The position numbers were made by a program, and so were the translations under genes. Positions 10,944-22,187 of a stretch of 37,756 nt of DNA are shown here, piece by piece. The stretch comes from Nemertoderma westbladi. Lineage: Eukaryota > Animalia > Xenacoelomorpha. The DNA lies in contig JAUCBJ010006979.1 in the NCBI GenBank assembly GCA_032718475.1, positions 1 through 37,756 of the forward strand, written 5' to 3'. The notes beneath the pieces were generated by a model. That model searched no databases. It was not told where the DNA came from and saw nothing but the letters and a program-made list of their open reading frames with translations. How positions within the stretch are numbered: position 1 is the stretch's first letter; every line of letters begins with the position of its first letter.

Positions 10944-13900
10944 TGGCGAACAATGTATCCGATACCGATGAGATGGACCACCACACAGATTCGGAAGCCG
11001 ACGAGGTACCGAACGTCAAGAACATGACCCGTCGACTAGGGGCTCTCAAGGGCGGAGTAACTCGAGCGTATCAACGGATAGAGAAACAACTCAAGGAAAT
11101 TAAAACCCCCCTCAACGAGATACAAACTCAGCTTCAGAGTATCCGAAACATCCTGCAGCGATATGAAAGAATGATACAGGCGTACCAAGAGCTCGTTCCC
11201 TCCACTGATCAGGAAAACTACCCCAGGTTAGAAGAACATGTTGTACATCTAGATGGGTTCCGCAAACAACACCGGAGGACCCTTAGCCTTGTGAGAGGCT
11301 ACGAAGAACAGTACTACAAGAGAGCCGAAAGAACAGATGCAGAATCAGTGCGAACCTCCAGCACCAGGACAGCAATACATCGAAGGAAATCGGGGTCCTC
11401 GAGAAACCAGCACTCCAGCGCTAGGAGCGCGGTGTCCGGTTCAGCACACAGCTCTCAAGGGGGTCAACCACTCCGAGACCAGCTATGAGAACGGAAGGCA
11501 TTAGCCCTCAAAGCTCGGATGGAAGATGAGTATATTCAACTGCAAGCCGAGCAAGACGTATTAGCCGCCAAAACACAAAAACGAGAGGCCGAACAAGCGG
11601 CCGAACGGCAGGCCGAACAACGCGAACAGGAGGCTGAACAACATAGACGAGAGGCTGAACGACGCGAACAGGAGGCTGAACAACGTGGACGAGAGGCCGA
11701 ACGAGAGATCGAACAACGTAAATGGGAAGCAGAAATGCGTAAACAACACGCCGAGGCCCAAGCGATTCTCATCCACAAAAAGAATGCGGATATTGCAAAA
11801 CTCGCGGAATACGAAGCCGCACTTATAGAACGAGATATTCAACTCTACGAGGACTGGGAAAGGGATATAGATCAGGAATATGAACCAATCCCGGTACCGG
11901 AATTAGAGAAGTCATTTATACCGACAGCGGCGAAACTTCCGAAACCCGAGAATACGCCTACCAAACAGTCCACGTTATCGGCACAAGCACCAGTGTTCCA
12001 TCCCCCACCGGTTACACTTAAAAATGAGGAACCGTATTTCCCGTCCAACCCCACGGCAACGAGTGTACCCAAGTACGAGCCTGAAAGGGACTCGGAACGG
12101 GACGCCACTCCTCGATCCAACAACCTGTTTACATCCACACCACAAACCCATAGTCACGTCACCATTAAAACTCCACCTATCATTGATCCATCGAGTATGG
12201 GAGAGAGTGCCAATAACTATAACCCTCCGAGTCACTCCAGTTCAGACGACGTCGGCCTTATCCGGGCATTGGAAAACCGCCTTGCCATGCCCAAGATGGA
12301 GATCCGCACCTTTGAAGGAGATCCCGTCGATTACCTCAGATTCAAGAAACGGTTCTTTGCGCAGATTGGTTCAACAGATATAGCATAGTAGAAACTAGTA
12401 TATTTATCACAATACCTGGGTGACAAACCACGCCGAATTATTGCATGTTTTGAGGGAGGTTCTCATGAGGCATACTATGACGCATGGAAAACTCTAGATA
12501 AAAGATATGGAAATACCGGAACTATAATTAATAAAACTCTAGAGAGACTGATACAGGACGCGGGATCACTAGGGGACCCACAGAACATCCAGGAATTCAC
12601 CGACTCTATGAAGGATGCCTACTATACTCTGAAACCCTTAAATAAGGAGGACCAGGTGAACAACATTCTAAACCTCCGACAGATCGCCCGGAAGTTCCCC
12701 GGATGGCTACATAGTAAGTGGGCCTATAAATGCGTAGATCTCCAGCGCAGACATCCAGATCGAGATCCAAGCTTCCTTGAAATGTCGGCATTCCTGGACG
12801 ATATCTCCGAAGCCATGAATGACTCAATGTTTTCAAAACAGAGTCTTGCCAAGTTGGACGGAATAGAGAGCAACTCCAGGAGTAAGATACCCCCTCCGAA
12901 ACCGAGATTCCGCCCCCCACCGGTGAGTACGATGGCCATCACCATGGCCGAGGATTCCGACGACGAAGACTATGAGGAACCGACATCCGCCGAGGAATGG
13001 GCATGTTATCTCGCGAATTGGGCACCCGAGAGGGAAGGCATCACAAACTCCCTGCTCTGTCTCTATTGTGGAGAGAAAAATAAAGTTGAATTCTGCAGGA
13101 AGTTCCAGTTTGCCGAACTCGTCCCACGCTTCGAAGCGATTATGAAACACCGAGGATGCTTCCGGTGTCTTGGTACAGGTCACTACGTTCGGGAGTGTGA
13201 CCAAAGGTCGTGTTGTGCGGTTTGTAACGACCTACGTCATCACACGCTCCTCCACATCCCCGCGAACTTTGACTTCACTACCCTCCCCTTTCGGATTGAA
13301 ACAAAGCGAAGAGGAGAAACGAACCTCGTTTCTAAAGGATCCCGGACAACCCAACGGAGAGAAACCAACCCGTTTAAAACCTCCACTAACGCATCACAAG
13401 TGACAAATATCTCAGCCACGATCAACCTGATAAATCGCCATTACATGGTCTTCGCCAAAGTAATCCCAGTAAGAATTCAGGGAGTCGGCAAATCCTTGAC
13501 GACGCTCGCGTTCCTTGATAACGGGTCGGACGGAACCATCATCGACCGGGATTTCCTCGAGCAACTCGGCCTAGACTATGAACCTTACAAACGGCCCATA
13601 CAAACTATCACCGACAACAGAGAGGTAGACTCCAGGGAGGTGCAACTCCAGATGGAAGGAGTAATGAAGGGCTACGAAACGGTTAAGTTGACCATCAAGA
13701 ACGCCTTGGTACACATAGACCTCCGAGTGCGGTTCCGACAATCGGCCGAGTACGCCCCCCTCATACAGCTAGATCGAGACGACGTAGACCTAAGGTGCCC
13801 GCCATTGGATGTAAACCGCATCACTCTACTGATCGGACTTGATACACCGGAACTACACATCCCCACCGGAGATATCGCCCGATCTATAAAACAGGATGAC

Positions 13901-16553
13901 GGATTTTATGCTGAACGAACAATAATGGGATGGACACTCTGCGGCATTAAGGAGGAAACTACTGACACCTATACCTACCTTCCCAAATGTCAGATTAAAG
14001 AGAATGCAACCTCCGTGGGTTATTGCTCAGCTACGGACCTTGACGAGGATTTGTTTCTGGAGACCGAGAAAACCTAACAAGAGATGACGAAATATTTTAA
14101 TCTAGAGACCCAGGAATTCGCTGAAAAGGACGAAAACCCGTCCGAAGAGGATCAATATTGTATGAACGTTCTCGACCAGGCCACGTTCAAAGACGGACAC
14201 TGGTGTTCACCTATGTTATGGAAGGACCCAAACAAACCGATGGCAAACAACGCCAGCATGGCACTTAGGCGACTTAAGGGGATTCTACGCCGGCTGAATG
14301 ACCAACCCGAGATAAAGGAGAAATATAATACCGTTATCCAAGGATATCTCGACGATGGATTAGCAGAAATGGTACCACGGTATGAACTGCAAGGTGGTAA
14401 AAGAACATATTATCTCCCAACCCACTATGTGGTAGAAGCCCGGAAGGGTGGGAAAATCCGAGTGGTAAATGATGCCGCCGCTATGTACCAGGGTGAATCC
14501 CTAAACAGTCAGCTTTACACGGGACCCAACATATATAGTACACTCATCGGCGTATTGATCAGGTTCAGGGAAAACCGGGTAGCATTCACCTGCGACATCA
14601 AGGCCATGTTTCATCAAGTTCGTACGCTACCAAGAGACTCAGACTGTCTACGTATCCTATGGACGGATAAAACACTAACTCAACAGGAGATTAGTCAACT
14701 TACGATAAAGGACGTAGACATAATGCGTATGGTCGTCAGGATCTTCGGCGCTAAGGACTCGCCGGTAGCATGCAGTGACATGCTGAAGAGGACGGCAACT
14801 ATGTGCGAAAACGAGTTCCCTCCAACCGTCATAGAAACCATCCGACGATGTTTTTACGTGGACGACGGATGCGCTGGCGCAGATAATGTGGACGAGGCAT
14901 ATCAGCTAGCAATGGGGATGGTAGAATGTCTAAAGAAAGGAGGTTTTCCGCTCGTGAAGTTCAGATCCCACGACAAAACACTTATGGAAAAGTTTCCGGA
15001 GGACATCCGACTGGAAAATAACAAAATGTATTCGGAGGATGTGGAACACCGTGTACTCGGGATTGAATGGGACATAGAATCAGACGAATTCATTTTCAAA
15101 TATAAACCCCTACCCAAGCCTATGACAAAAAGGGGATGTTTGTCGATAAAAAGCGCCATCTTCGACCCACTAAATTTCATATCTCCAGTAACCTTGGCCG
15201 GAATGAACCTGATTAAGGAAATGTGGATAGAAGGACTGGGATGGGACGAAGAACTCCCCCCACACCTCAGCGTCAAATGGAGAAAATGGACGGAGCAGCT
15301 CGAACACCTACATCTTATGCGGATACCTCGACCGTTTTTCCTCGATAAACTACCCACCGATATCTTCCAGCTCCATACCTTCTCGGATGCTTCGAATACC
15401 GGAATTGGCGTAGTCACCTTCTTACGAAGACTAAGCAACGACGGAAATGGTGATACGAGCTTCTTATTTTCTAAAGCTAAGACAGTATCCGGGGAATTCG
15501 TAGCAACGATTCCACGACTCGAGCTTCAGGCTGCAGTTTGGGCAGTAAGACAGAATCGCATGGTCATGCGGAACCTACGAATCCCCATCGAATCTTAACA
15601 CTTCTGGGTCGATTCGAGTATAGTTCTCTATTATCTCCACTCTCCATCACAGCGTCACACTACGTTTGTTGCGAACCGAGCCACGGAGATTAAACAGTGT
15701 ACCGGCCGGGAACAGTGGCACCACGTGAACGGGAAAGAAAATCCAGCGGACTTATCAAGCCGAGGCGCCACACCAAAACAACTCGGTAAAAGCAAACTCT
15801 AGCTTACAGGCCCGGAATTCCTACAGCAGCCACAATTAACATGGAGTACCCGATTCGACCCCGAACTCGATAGCGGAAAATACTCCGAGGACAATAAAGA
15901 GATCCGCAAAATCCATAGAAGCAATGCAGTGGAAATTTATAGTTGTCTGACTGAGCCTGCAAAGGACTCGGGCAGGCACTATAACGTCGCGACGATCACT
16001 CAACCAGCGGCGTCTTTACATCTGTTGATCGAGCGAACTTCATCAATGAGACGGCTCATCCACCACATTATAACCCTTCGCAACTTCCTACGGTGGAAAG
16101 ACAACAAACCGATAGTTCAACAAGAACTCATTATCGCGGAGAAGTGTATCGTTGGATATGTCCAGAGAGAAAGTTTCCCCGATGAGTGGGAACAACTTAG
16201 TGCGGGCAAAACCTTGAAACCGGACAGCCCAGTCTACCAGCTGAGACCAATGATGGGAGAGGACGGACTGATCCGACTAAATACCCGGATGGCAAACGCC
16301 CCGGTCGAATATGAGGTTAAATACCCAGCGCTTCTGCCCGGAACGTCAACACTAGCCAAGCTATTAATTCAACAATGTCACGAGGAAAACCATCATGCAG
16401 GACAGAACTGGATTATAGCTAATATAAGACAAAGATATTGGATCACCAACATCCAGCCACTGATCCGGAAAGTGTTGAAACGTTGCTTTACCTGCAGAAG
16501 ATATCTAGCGCCACCACTCACCCAAAAGATGGCCGACTTACCAGCCACCCGCC
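10940..16553 (+). pseudogene. BEL gag-pol polyprotein, 5' part (Gag, protease, RT, RNase H, integrase zinc finger)
   Basis: ORF pieces at 10940, 11519, 12608, 14084 and 15929 share one frame, separated by point stops at 11486, 12386, 14075, 15596 and 15800. Motifs: CFRCLGTGHYVREC / CAVCNDLRHHTLLH, FLDNGS, YYLPTHYV, KIRVVNDA, DIKAMFHQV, FYVDD, FSDAS, TIPRLELQAA, HEENHH..CFTC. Confidence 0.96.
11580..11735 (+). repeat. Coding ~21-bp repeats (EAEQ/REAE coiled coil) in BEL Gag
   Basis: Repeated GAGGC(C/T)GAAC(A/G)AC units. Confidence 0.8.
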
Positions 16554-16725
16554 TATAAGATATAAATGTGTCAGTTATTCAAAATGTATTAATCTTATAA
16601 TCATCTAGCACTGTCAGACTACAAACCGCACAATCCTGCAATGACCAGAATACCAACCACCACCACAGTTACACTCAGCAGTCCGCAGCCTATAATAATC
16701 CATCCATCTATCTCACCCATATCTT

Positions 16726-16781
16726 ATATTCCCCCCAGTTTGTAAAATAAACTATCTGTGTTCTCATATTCCCCCCAGTTT
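16726..16781 (-). promoter_or_regulatory. Polypurine tract of the Gypsy element, present twice
   Basis: AAACTGGGGGGAATAT on the minus strand at 16726-16741 (at the LTR junction) and again at 16766-16781. Confidence 0.85.
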
Positions 16782-16842
16782 ATAGTAAACGTATATTTAA
16801 CACCATGTTCAAGTAAATAGCTCCAATCGATATTTAGCTAAT

Positions 16843-19800
16843 CTAAATCCCATATCTCTCCGGTGGTTTCGAATTTCTCCCCGCTCGAGTTACATATCCT
16901 AACTCCGGAACGACCTCAATATCATTTGCATTACTTCTATCATCTATATTGTCGTTGTCATCATCCTCATTGTAATTCACTGTAGTGTCATCATCATTTA
17001 CAGTTTCATCATCTGAACTGTCCGTGTCCATCTCATCTTCAATGTCAATATTCCTGTCAATGTTCCCATTGTATGTCACGTCCAGTTGGTTACCGACGTG
17101 AATCTTTCTAACATCCTGTAGATGATGTCTGATACCCTTTACTACAACCGACCATTCATCTGGAATTTCCTCTACTTCCATTGGTCCTTTCCACCTTTTG
17201 TAGCAACGCCACTTCTGTTCAGGCTTGACGTAAATCAAATCTCCAATTTTATATGGGTTGTCTATTACCTCTCTGTCTTCTAGCAGCTTTGTTATGCCAG
17301 GCAACTTTTCCACTCGTTCACCCATGACTTTCTGAATTGGTGTCTGGTTATCTTTTACTGATGTTCTGTTGTACCAGAATGTAACTTGAACTGGATCTTT
17401 CTTAGATCTTGACGCCCACGCTTTTATAGTTCGATGCATTCTTTCGACGGGATTTCCCCTAGGTCTGTATGCGCACGAAGGCTTCAGTTTCACCTCCCAT
17501 TTATTTAAGAAACTTTTAAACTCATTGCTGCGGAACGCAGGACCATTATCGGGTATAATTTCTTCAGGGGGTCCCCACTCTATAAATATTCGCTGTAGAA
17601 TTTTAACGGCCTGTGCGCTTGTTTTATTAGGCACTTGATTCCAAATAGTAAAATTAGAGTTACAATCCATAACTGTTAGATAACTGTGAGTCCCATACTC
17701 AGAAAAATCAGTAGATAATCTTTGCCAACTCCTATCAGTTTTACAGCTGCCTGGTTTCAGTTTCACTGGTACAGGGTCGATGCTCTTACATTCTTCACAC
17801 TTTCTACAAACCTCTTTAATTGCTTCTTTACAATGGTCTGTTACACTGCCTAGATTCCTGTCTGCTTTACATAGATTCTTTAGTCTATCAGATCCCACAT
17901 GTACCACTTCGTGTAATTCCTTCACTCTTTCCTCAATGTCCGCATAATCTGCGGTTCCATTGGTCTCTGTAACAGTTACTGCAGCTACTTCGACTTCTGG
18001 TTTTTTTAGCCATTTTTTTGGTATACGAGTTAAACAGTCAGCTCGATTCTGCTCTGATGGAACTAGATGCAAAGTTGTTTTTAACTGAAATTCGTCCACA
18101 GTTTTCTTGAGAAGTTCCAATCTTCGTCTTATTAACATTTTAGACATTCCCTTAGTGCGAATGCGGTGTTCATCTTTCAGCATTGCATTTACCCATCCAT
18201 ATACCGGTGCCGAGTCAGTATATAATTGTATTTCTGTTAATTCCCACTGTATTGCCATATTTACCCCTTCAATTAATGCGCTAAGCTCGGCTGAGTTTAT
18301 GTGTTCTGGGTGATCGTTTTTACGTAACCATGATCCATCCTCAGCTGTCTGTCCCCCGATTCTCACCATCGCCCCAATGGCCAAGTTACTAGCGTCAGCC
18401 CAAACTTCGCCACGTTTCGTATCACTTATAGGCCACGAACCACCCACTGGATCTGCTCGTTGCACTCGGTTAACCACCTCAACTAATTTATCTCTAGTTC
18501 CCTTGTCTATTACTGAATCCATTGGAACATTTGCTGCCTGGCGTTGCAGCCAACTCAATGACACTCGCAACCATCCCTCGATCAAATAGTTTCCTCGTAA
18601 TTGTCCTACCACTGATAGCAGTTTTCTATGAGTTAATGGGTTCTCGATCTTTTCTGGGTCTGGAATGTCACTATCTCGTTTCCACTTCCCCCCTTCCACA
18701 GCGACTCCGAGGACTCTGGCCCCACCTTTAATTTCTATTGCTTCCTTGGTTTCAAGTCCGAACTTTTTAAGATGTTGCCTTACGTCATCTGCTGTTACAC
18801 CTGTTTGTAAATCTGCATATATGTCATCCCTAAAACTGTCTGTCGATTCCTTAATTCGATCATTCTGTCCCAGTACTTTTTCTACAATAGTATCCAATAT
18901 TTTGGGTGCCGGGCCCAACCCAAACCCAAGTCTAGTCATGCAGTACCTTTTTCCTTTGTAACTGACTGTTTGGTATGCCTGTAGTGCCGGTGCTATTCTT
19001 ATCTGCATGTACGCCCACTTTAAGTCGATTATTGCTGTATTCTCGCCCATTCTTATCCAGTGCCTTAACTTTTCGTTACTTGCTGCTGCCTCCACCCCTG
19101 GTTGCTTTATTAAGTATTCGTTTAATTCTCTAAAATCCATAATGGGGCGCACTCGATCTTTGCGGGGTTCATTTTTATACATCAGAGGTATCAGTGCCAT
19201 ATAATCACCCTCAAATTCTTGCAACCATCCCTTCTCTATCCACTCTCCTACTCCTTTCTCATACTTGCTACGTAGTTCTGTTGGAATATGATATTCCCGT
19301 ACTGTATTGTTTAGTCTACCTGGTGGAGAGCCAGCTTCGAATTTGTACTCCACTTGCCAATTAGTACCATCGAAAACTGCACAAAAATCGTCTTTATCTA
19401 TTCTTAGTATTGGTTCTGTAGTCGTTTTGGCTACTGCTGATACTGACCATTGTCCCCCTGACCCGACACTTACTTCCATTTTACCGTCGTCTGTTCCTAT
19501 AAATGAAATGCCGTTGCTTTTCTTTATTAAGTCCCACCCATATATCATATTTAATTCTCCTACTATATGATCAACAACCAAGAATTCCCAAACAAACTCC
19601 GGCATCCTGTCAATCTGTAACACAGTACTAACCTTTCCTACCAACTGCGTAGCTGTAGACCCGTCTAACATAGTTATGTTTGATTTATTACCTGGTTCCT
19701 CAAATGTTCCATTAATTCTCGCTGCGAACTTCCGCGATAATATACTCCTGCTACACCCAGAATCGACCAATGCTTCCACAAATTTCCCTCCACAATTCAC

Positions 19801-19881
19801 ATTTTTCGTCGGAAGATCACCGACTTGTCCTCCGGGGAGACGACCGCTGGCACACACGACGCCTCCCCCTATTCGTTTCCC
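16843..19881 (-). CDS. pol: Gypsy Pol (protease, RT, RNase H, integrase), expressed by -1 frameshift
   Basis: Uninterrupted ~1010 codons. Motifs: LVDSG; MDFRELN, IDLKWAYMQI, RLGFGL, FRDD; WADAS, INSAEL, YTDS, NRADCLTR; HEVVH..CEEC, STDF, PDNG, VERMHRTIK. Confidence 0.93.
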   Translation of the reverse strand, partial: GKRIGGGVVCASGRLPGGQVGDLPTKNVNCGGKFVEALVDSGCSRSILSRKFAARINGTFEEPGNKSNITMLDGSTATQLVGKVSTVLQIDRMPEFVWEFLVVDHIVGELNMIYGWDLIKKSNGISFIGTDDGKMEVSVGSGGQWSVSAVAKTTTEPILRIDKDDFCAVFDGTNWQVEYKFEAGSPPGRLNNTVREYHIPTELRSKYEKGVGEWIEKGWLQEFEGDYMALIPLMYKNEPRKDRVRPIMDFRELNEYLIKQPGVEAAASNEKLRHWIRMGENTAIIDLKWAYMQIRIAPALQAYQTVSYKGKRYCMTRLGFGLGPAPKILDTIVEKVLGQNDRIKESTDSFRDDIYADLQTGVTADDVRQHLKKFGLETKEAIEIKGGARVLGVAVEGGKWKRDSDIPDPEKIENPLTHRKLLSVVGQLRGNYLIEGWLRVSLSWLQRQAANVPMDSVIDKGTRDKLVEVVNRVQRADPVGGSWPISDTKRGEVWADASNLAIGAMVRIGGQTAEDGSWLRKNDHPEHINSAELSALIEGVNMAIQWELTEIQLYTDSAPVYGWVNAMLKDEHRIRTKGMSKMLIRRRLELLKKTVDEFQLKTTLHLVPSEQNRADCLTRIPKKWLKKPEVEVAAVTVTETNGTADYADIEERVKELHEVVHVGSDRLKNLCKADRNLGSVTDHCKEAIKEVCRKCEECKSIDPVPVKLKPGSCKTDRSWQRLSTDFSEYGTHSYLTVMDCNSNFTIWNQVPNKTSAQAVKILQRIFIEWGPPEEIIPDNGPAFRSNEFKSFLNKWEVKLKPSCAYRPRGNPVERMHRTIKAWASRSKKDPVQVTFWYNRTSVKDNQTPIQKVMGERVEKLPGITKLLEDREVIDNPYKIGDLIYVKPEQKWRCYKRWKGPMEVEEIPDEWSVVVKGIRHHLQDVRKIHVGNQLDVTYNGNIDRNIDIEDEMDTDSSDDETVNDDDTTVNYNEDDDNDNIDDRSNANDIEVVPELGYVTRAGRNSKPPERYGI
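19834..19881 (-). promoter_or_regulatory. -1 programmed ribosomal frameshift signal
   Basis: G GGA AAC heptamer (19881-19875) in the gag frame, 6-nt spacer, then GGGGAGGCG/CGTCTCCCC stem. Confidence 0.88.
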
Positions 19882-20744
19882 GGCTTCGTCGTCGGGATGA
19901 ATGCCACGCACCCTCTCGCTAAATGGTCAGCACCCCCGCATCTAAAGCAACCCGTGTTCGGTTTAACAGTCCCTGTCGCAGTTCCGCTCTGGTTTCTATT
20001 CCCTAAATTTCCTACGTCGCTGTAGCACTCACGCGCAAAGTGGCCGGGTTTACCGCAACGGAAACATCCTGACCCTCTACCCTGATCTCCTCCCCGTGAC
20101 TCCATACCACTGTCCCGTCGCCAGTTCCCTTTATAATCTCGATTCGAATCCGCAGTTGGACGATAATATCCCTTGTTTCCCTGCCTATCCCCGTATCTCG
20201 CCGCCGCCCCTACCAGCTGAGCTTCGCTTCGCTCCGACTCAGACAATAACCGCCTTGCCTGTGCTAACAGTTTACTCAAATCCGTCTCACCTGCTAACGC
20301 CTTCGTCTCGTTTTGTATTTCATCCGGTAGTCCACTCACGAATTGAACCGCCAATATCTGCTGCGCGCACCTAGATTGAACATCGCCCCCAGTGACCAAC
20401 CCTAATAACCTCTTCAGTTCTGCCAGAAACGTATCTGGCGATTCCTTTTCCTTCAGTCGACGCTGTTTGTATTGCTCGAACGCCGTATATTCGTTGATTG
20501 CGAATGCTGTTATCAATGATCGTTTCAGAATATCATAGTCCGCCTTTTCTGCATCCGATAGCTGACTAATTACGTTGTACGCTGCGCCCTCCATTGACAG
20601 TCGCAAATAGGTTGCCCGCGATTCCTCTTTCAATCCGGCCTCCGCTTTCATCACGTCGTAAGTGTCATCGAACCTCATTAGCCAAGCAGATGGATCACCC
20701 GTACCATTGTACTTTTTAACATAATCCGAAAGTTTCGGAGCCAT
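19869..20744 (-). CDS. gag: Gypsy Gag with two CCHC knuckles
   Basis: ATG at 20744; capsid-like region (RRLKEKESPDTFLAELKRL..QFVSGLP); CFRCGKPGHFAREC and CFRCGGADHLARGC. Confidence 0.93.
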   Translation of the reverse strand: MAPKLSDYVKKYNGTGDPSAWLMRFDDTYDVMKAEAGLKEESRATYLRLSMEGAAYNVISQLSDAEKADYDILKRSLITAFAINEYTAFEQYKQRRLKEKESPDTFLAELKRLLGLVTGGDVQSRCAQQILAVQFVSGLPDEIQNETKALAGETDLSKLLAQARRLLSESERSEAQLVGAAARYGDRQGNKGYYRPTADSNRDYKGNWRRDSGMESRGGDQGRGSGCFRCGKPGHFARECYSDVGNLGNRNQSGTATGTVKPNTGCFRCGGADHLARGCVAFIPTTKPGNE

Positions 20745-20755
20745 CACTGCTGCAA

Positions 20756-20767
20756 GGCCGGTTAGCT
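20756..20767 (-). promoter_or_regulatory. Putative primer-binding site complementary to nt 1-12 of tRNA-Ile(AAU)
   Basis: AGCTAACCGGCC directly follows the 5' LTR; metazoan tRNA-Ile(AAU) begins GGCCGGTTAGCTCAG (from memory). Confidence 0.65.
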
Positions 20768-20947
20768 TATAAGATATAAATGTGTCAGTTATTCAAAATG
20801 TATTAATCTTATAATCATCTAGCACTGTCAGACTACAAACCGCACAATCCTGCAATGACCAGAATACCAACCACCACCACAGTTACACTCAGCAGTCCGC
20901 AGCCTATAATAATCCATCCATCTATCTCACCCATATCTTATACCGCC

Positions 20948-21918
20948 TACAAGCAGATTCCCCACCATCCTACGTCACCGGAGTGGACTGCTTCGGACCG
21001 TTTACGGTCATCAAACGGCGATCCAACATCAAATGCTGGGGAGCCATCTTCACCTGCCTTAGGTCTAGGGCAATCTACCTAGACATTGTGGTAAACCTGA
21101 CGCAACACGCATTCATCAACGCTCTGCGTTGTTTCGTGGCGAACAACGGGACATGTCGCCACATGTATTCCGATAATGGTACAAACTTTGTGGGAGGAGA
21201 ACGAGAACTTAGAGAGGCGATCGAGGGATGGTTTACCGACAACACCGCATCCCAAGTCTGGAAGGAACACCAGATACAGTGGCATTTCCAGACCCCCTTA
21301 GCACCCCATACGAGCGGGGTATGGGAGAAACTGATCGACTTTAGGAGACACCCGGGTAACCCATGACACCCTCCGCACAACATTCTGCGAGATCATGGCT
21401 ACCCTGAACAACCGGCCCATTGTCCCTATCCGCGACGACCCCACAGACCTGGAGCCCCTCACTCCTAACCACCTACTGGGGAAACCCAAAACCCATGTTC
21501 TCCCAGAGACCATGTTTCCGGATCCCAGCGATATCGCGAGACATACAAATTGGAAGAAGGCCCAAGCCTGGCAGCGCATTGGTGGAGAATCTGGGCCCAG
21601 GAATATCTCATAACCCTCCGGACCAGGAGGAAGTGGAACAACACCTACAGGAATGTTGCAGTTGGCGACATGGTATTAGTAAAAGAAGATCTCAAAGACC
21701 GCGTCCACTGGCCTGTGGCGCGAGTCGTGACCATACACCCGAGCAAAGACGGACTTGCGAGGACTGTGACGATACGTACGGCAAAGGGCCACTACCAACG
21801 CCCTATCCAGAAGCTGTGCCTTCTTGAAGGCAATGACAGTGGTGATTCTACGAGAGGTGATAAGTTCCCTACTACGGATCCTGCTGCGGACATTGGTGAC
21901 AATGATAAACCCGTTTAA
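20948..21918 (+). pseudogene. BEL integrase core and C-terminal (DUF5641-like) domain
   Basis: GVDCFGP, FTCLRSRAIYL, YSDNGTNFVG, GVWEKLI, LNNRPI, LTPNHLL, WWRIWAQEYL..L..R.KW, WPVARV, RPIQKLCLL; deletion/frameshifts near 21335 and 21565. Confidence 0.95.
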
Positions 21919-22187
21919 ACCCTTCTCATCCTGTTGACAAACTTTAAACTGTGATTTACTGACAATGAAAATGGACCCCCCTTAAACCAACTGTAACCAC
22001 GCAATGGTATTTGTGTTTCCTCGTGTGTTATGTGGAGTCCAGCGTCACCCTGCAGATGTTTCGACTGACGCAGGGTCGTTTATGTATTGTTTACCCTGAT
22101 TTTGGTCATCGGGACCAATGATATTGGATTATTGGAAATGGTAAAGATTTGAAGTGGAATTCATTGTATCCATTGTAGTATGTTATG

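Larger units (their letters stand above)
16554..20942 (-). mobile_element. Intact Ty3/Gypsy-type LTR retrotransposon (4389 bp) nested in the BEL integrase
   Basis: Identical 175-bp LTRs (16554-16728, 20768-20942); TSD CCGCC (16549-16553, 20943-20947); removing it restores BEL IN in frame (DLPATRLQADSPP..GVDCFGP); domain order PR-RT-RH-IN. Confidence 0.96.

Noticed and set aside
10940-16553. In-frame stops as programmed readthrough or an alternative genetic code
   Set aside because: Stops are of all three types and fall at varied residues, and frameshifts also occur in IN; ordinary decay explains them.
16549-16555. 7-bp TSD CCGCCTA for the Gypsy element
   Set aside because: The internal LTR boundary shows TA belongs to the LTR; the TSD is 5 bp (CCGCC).
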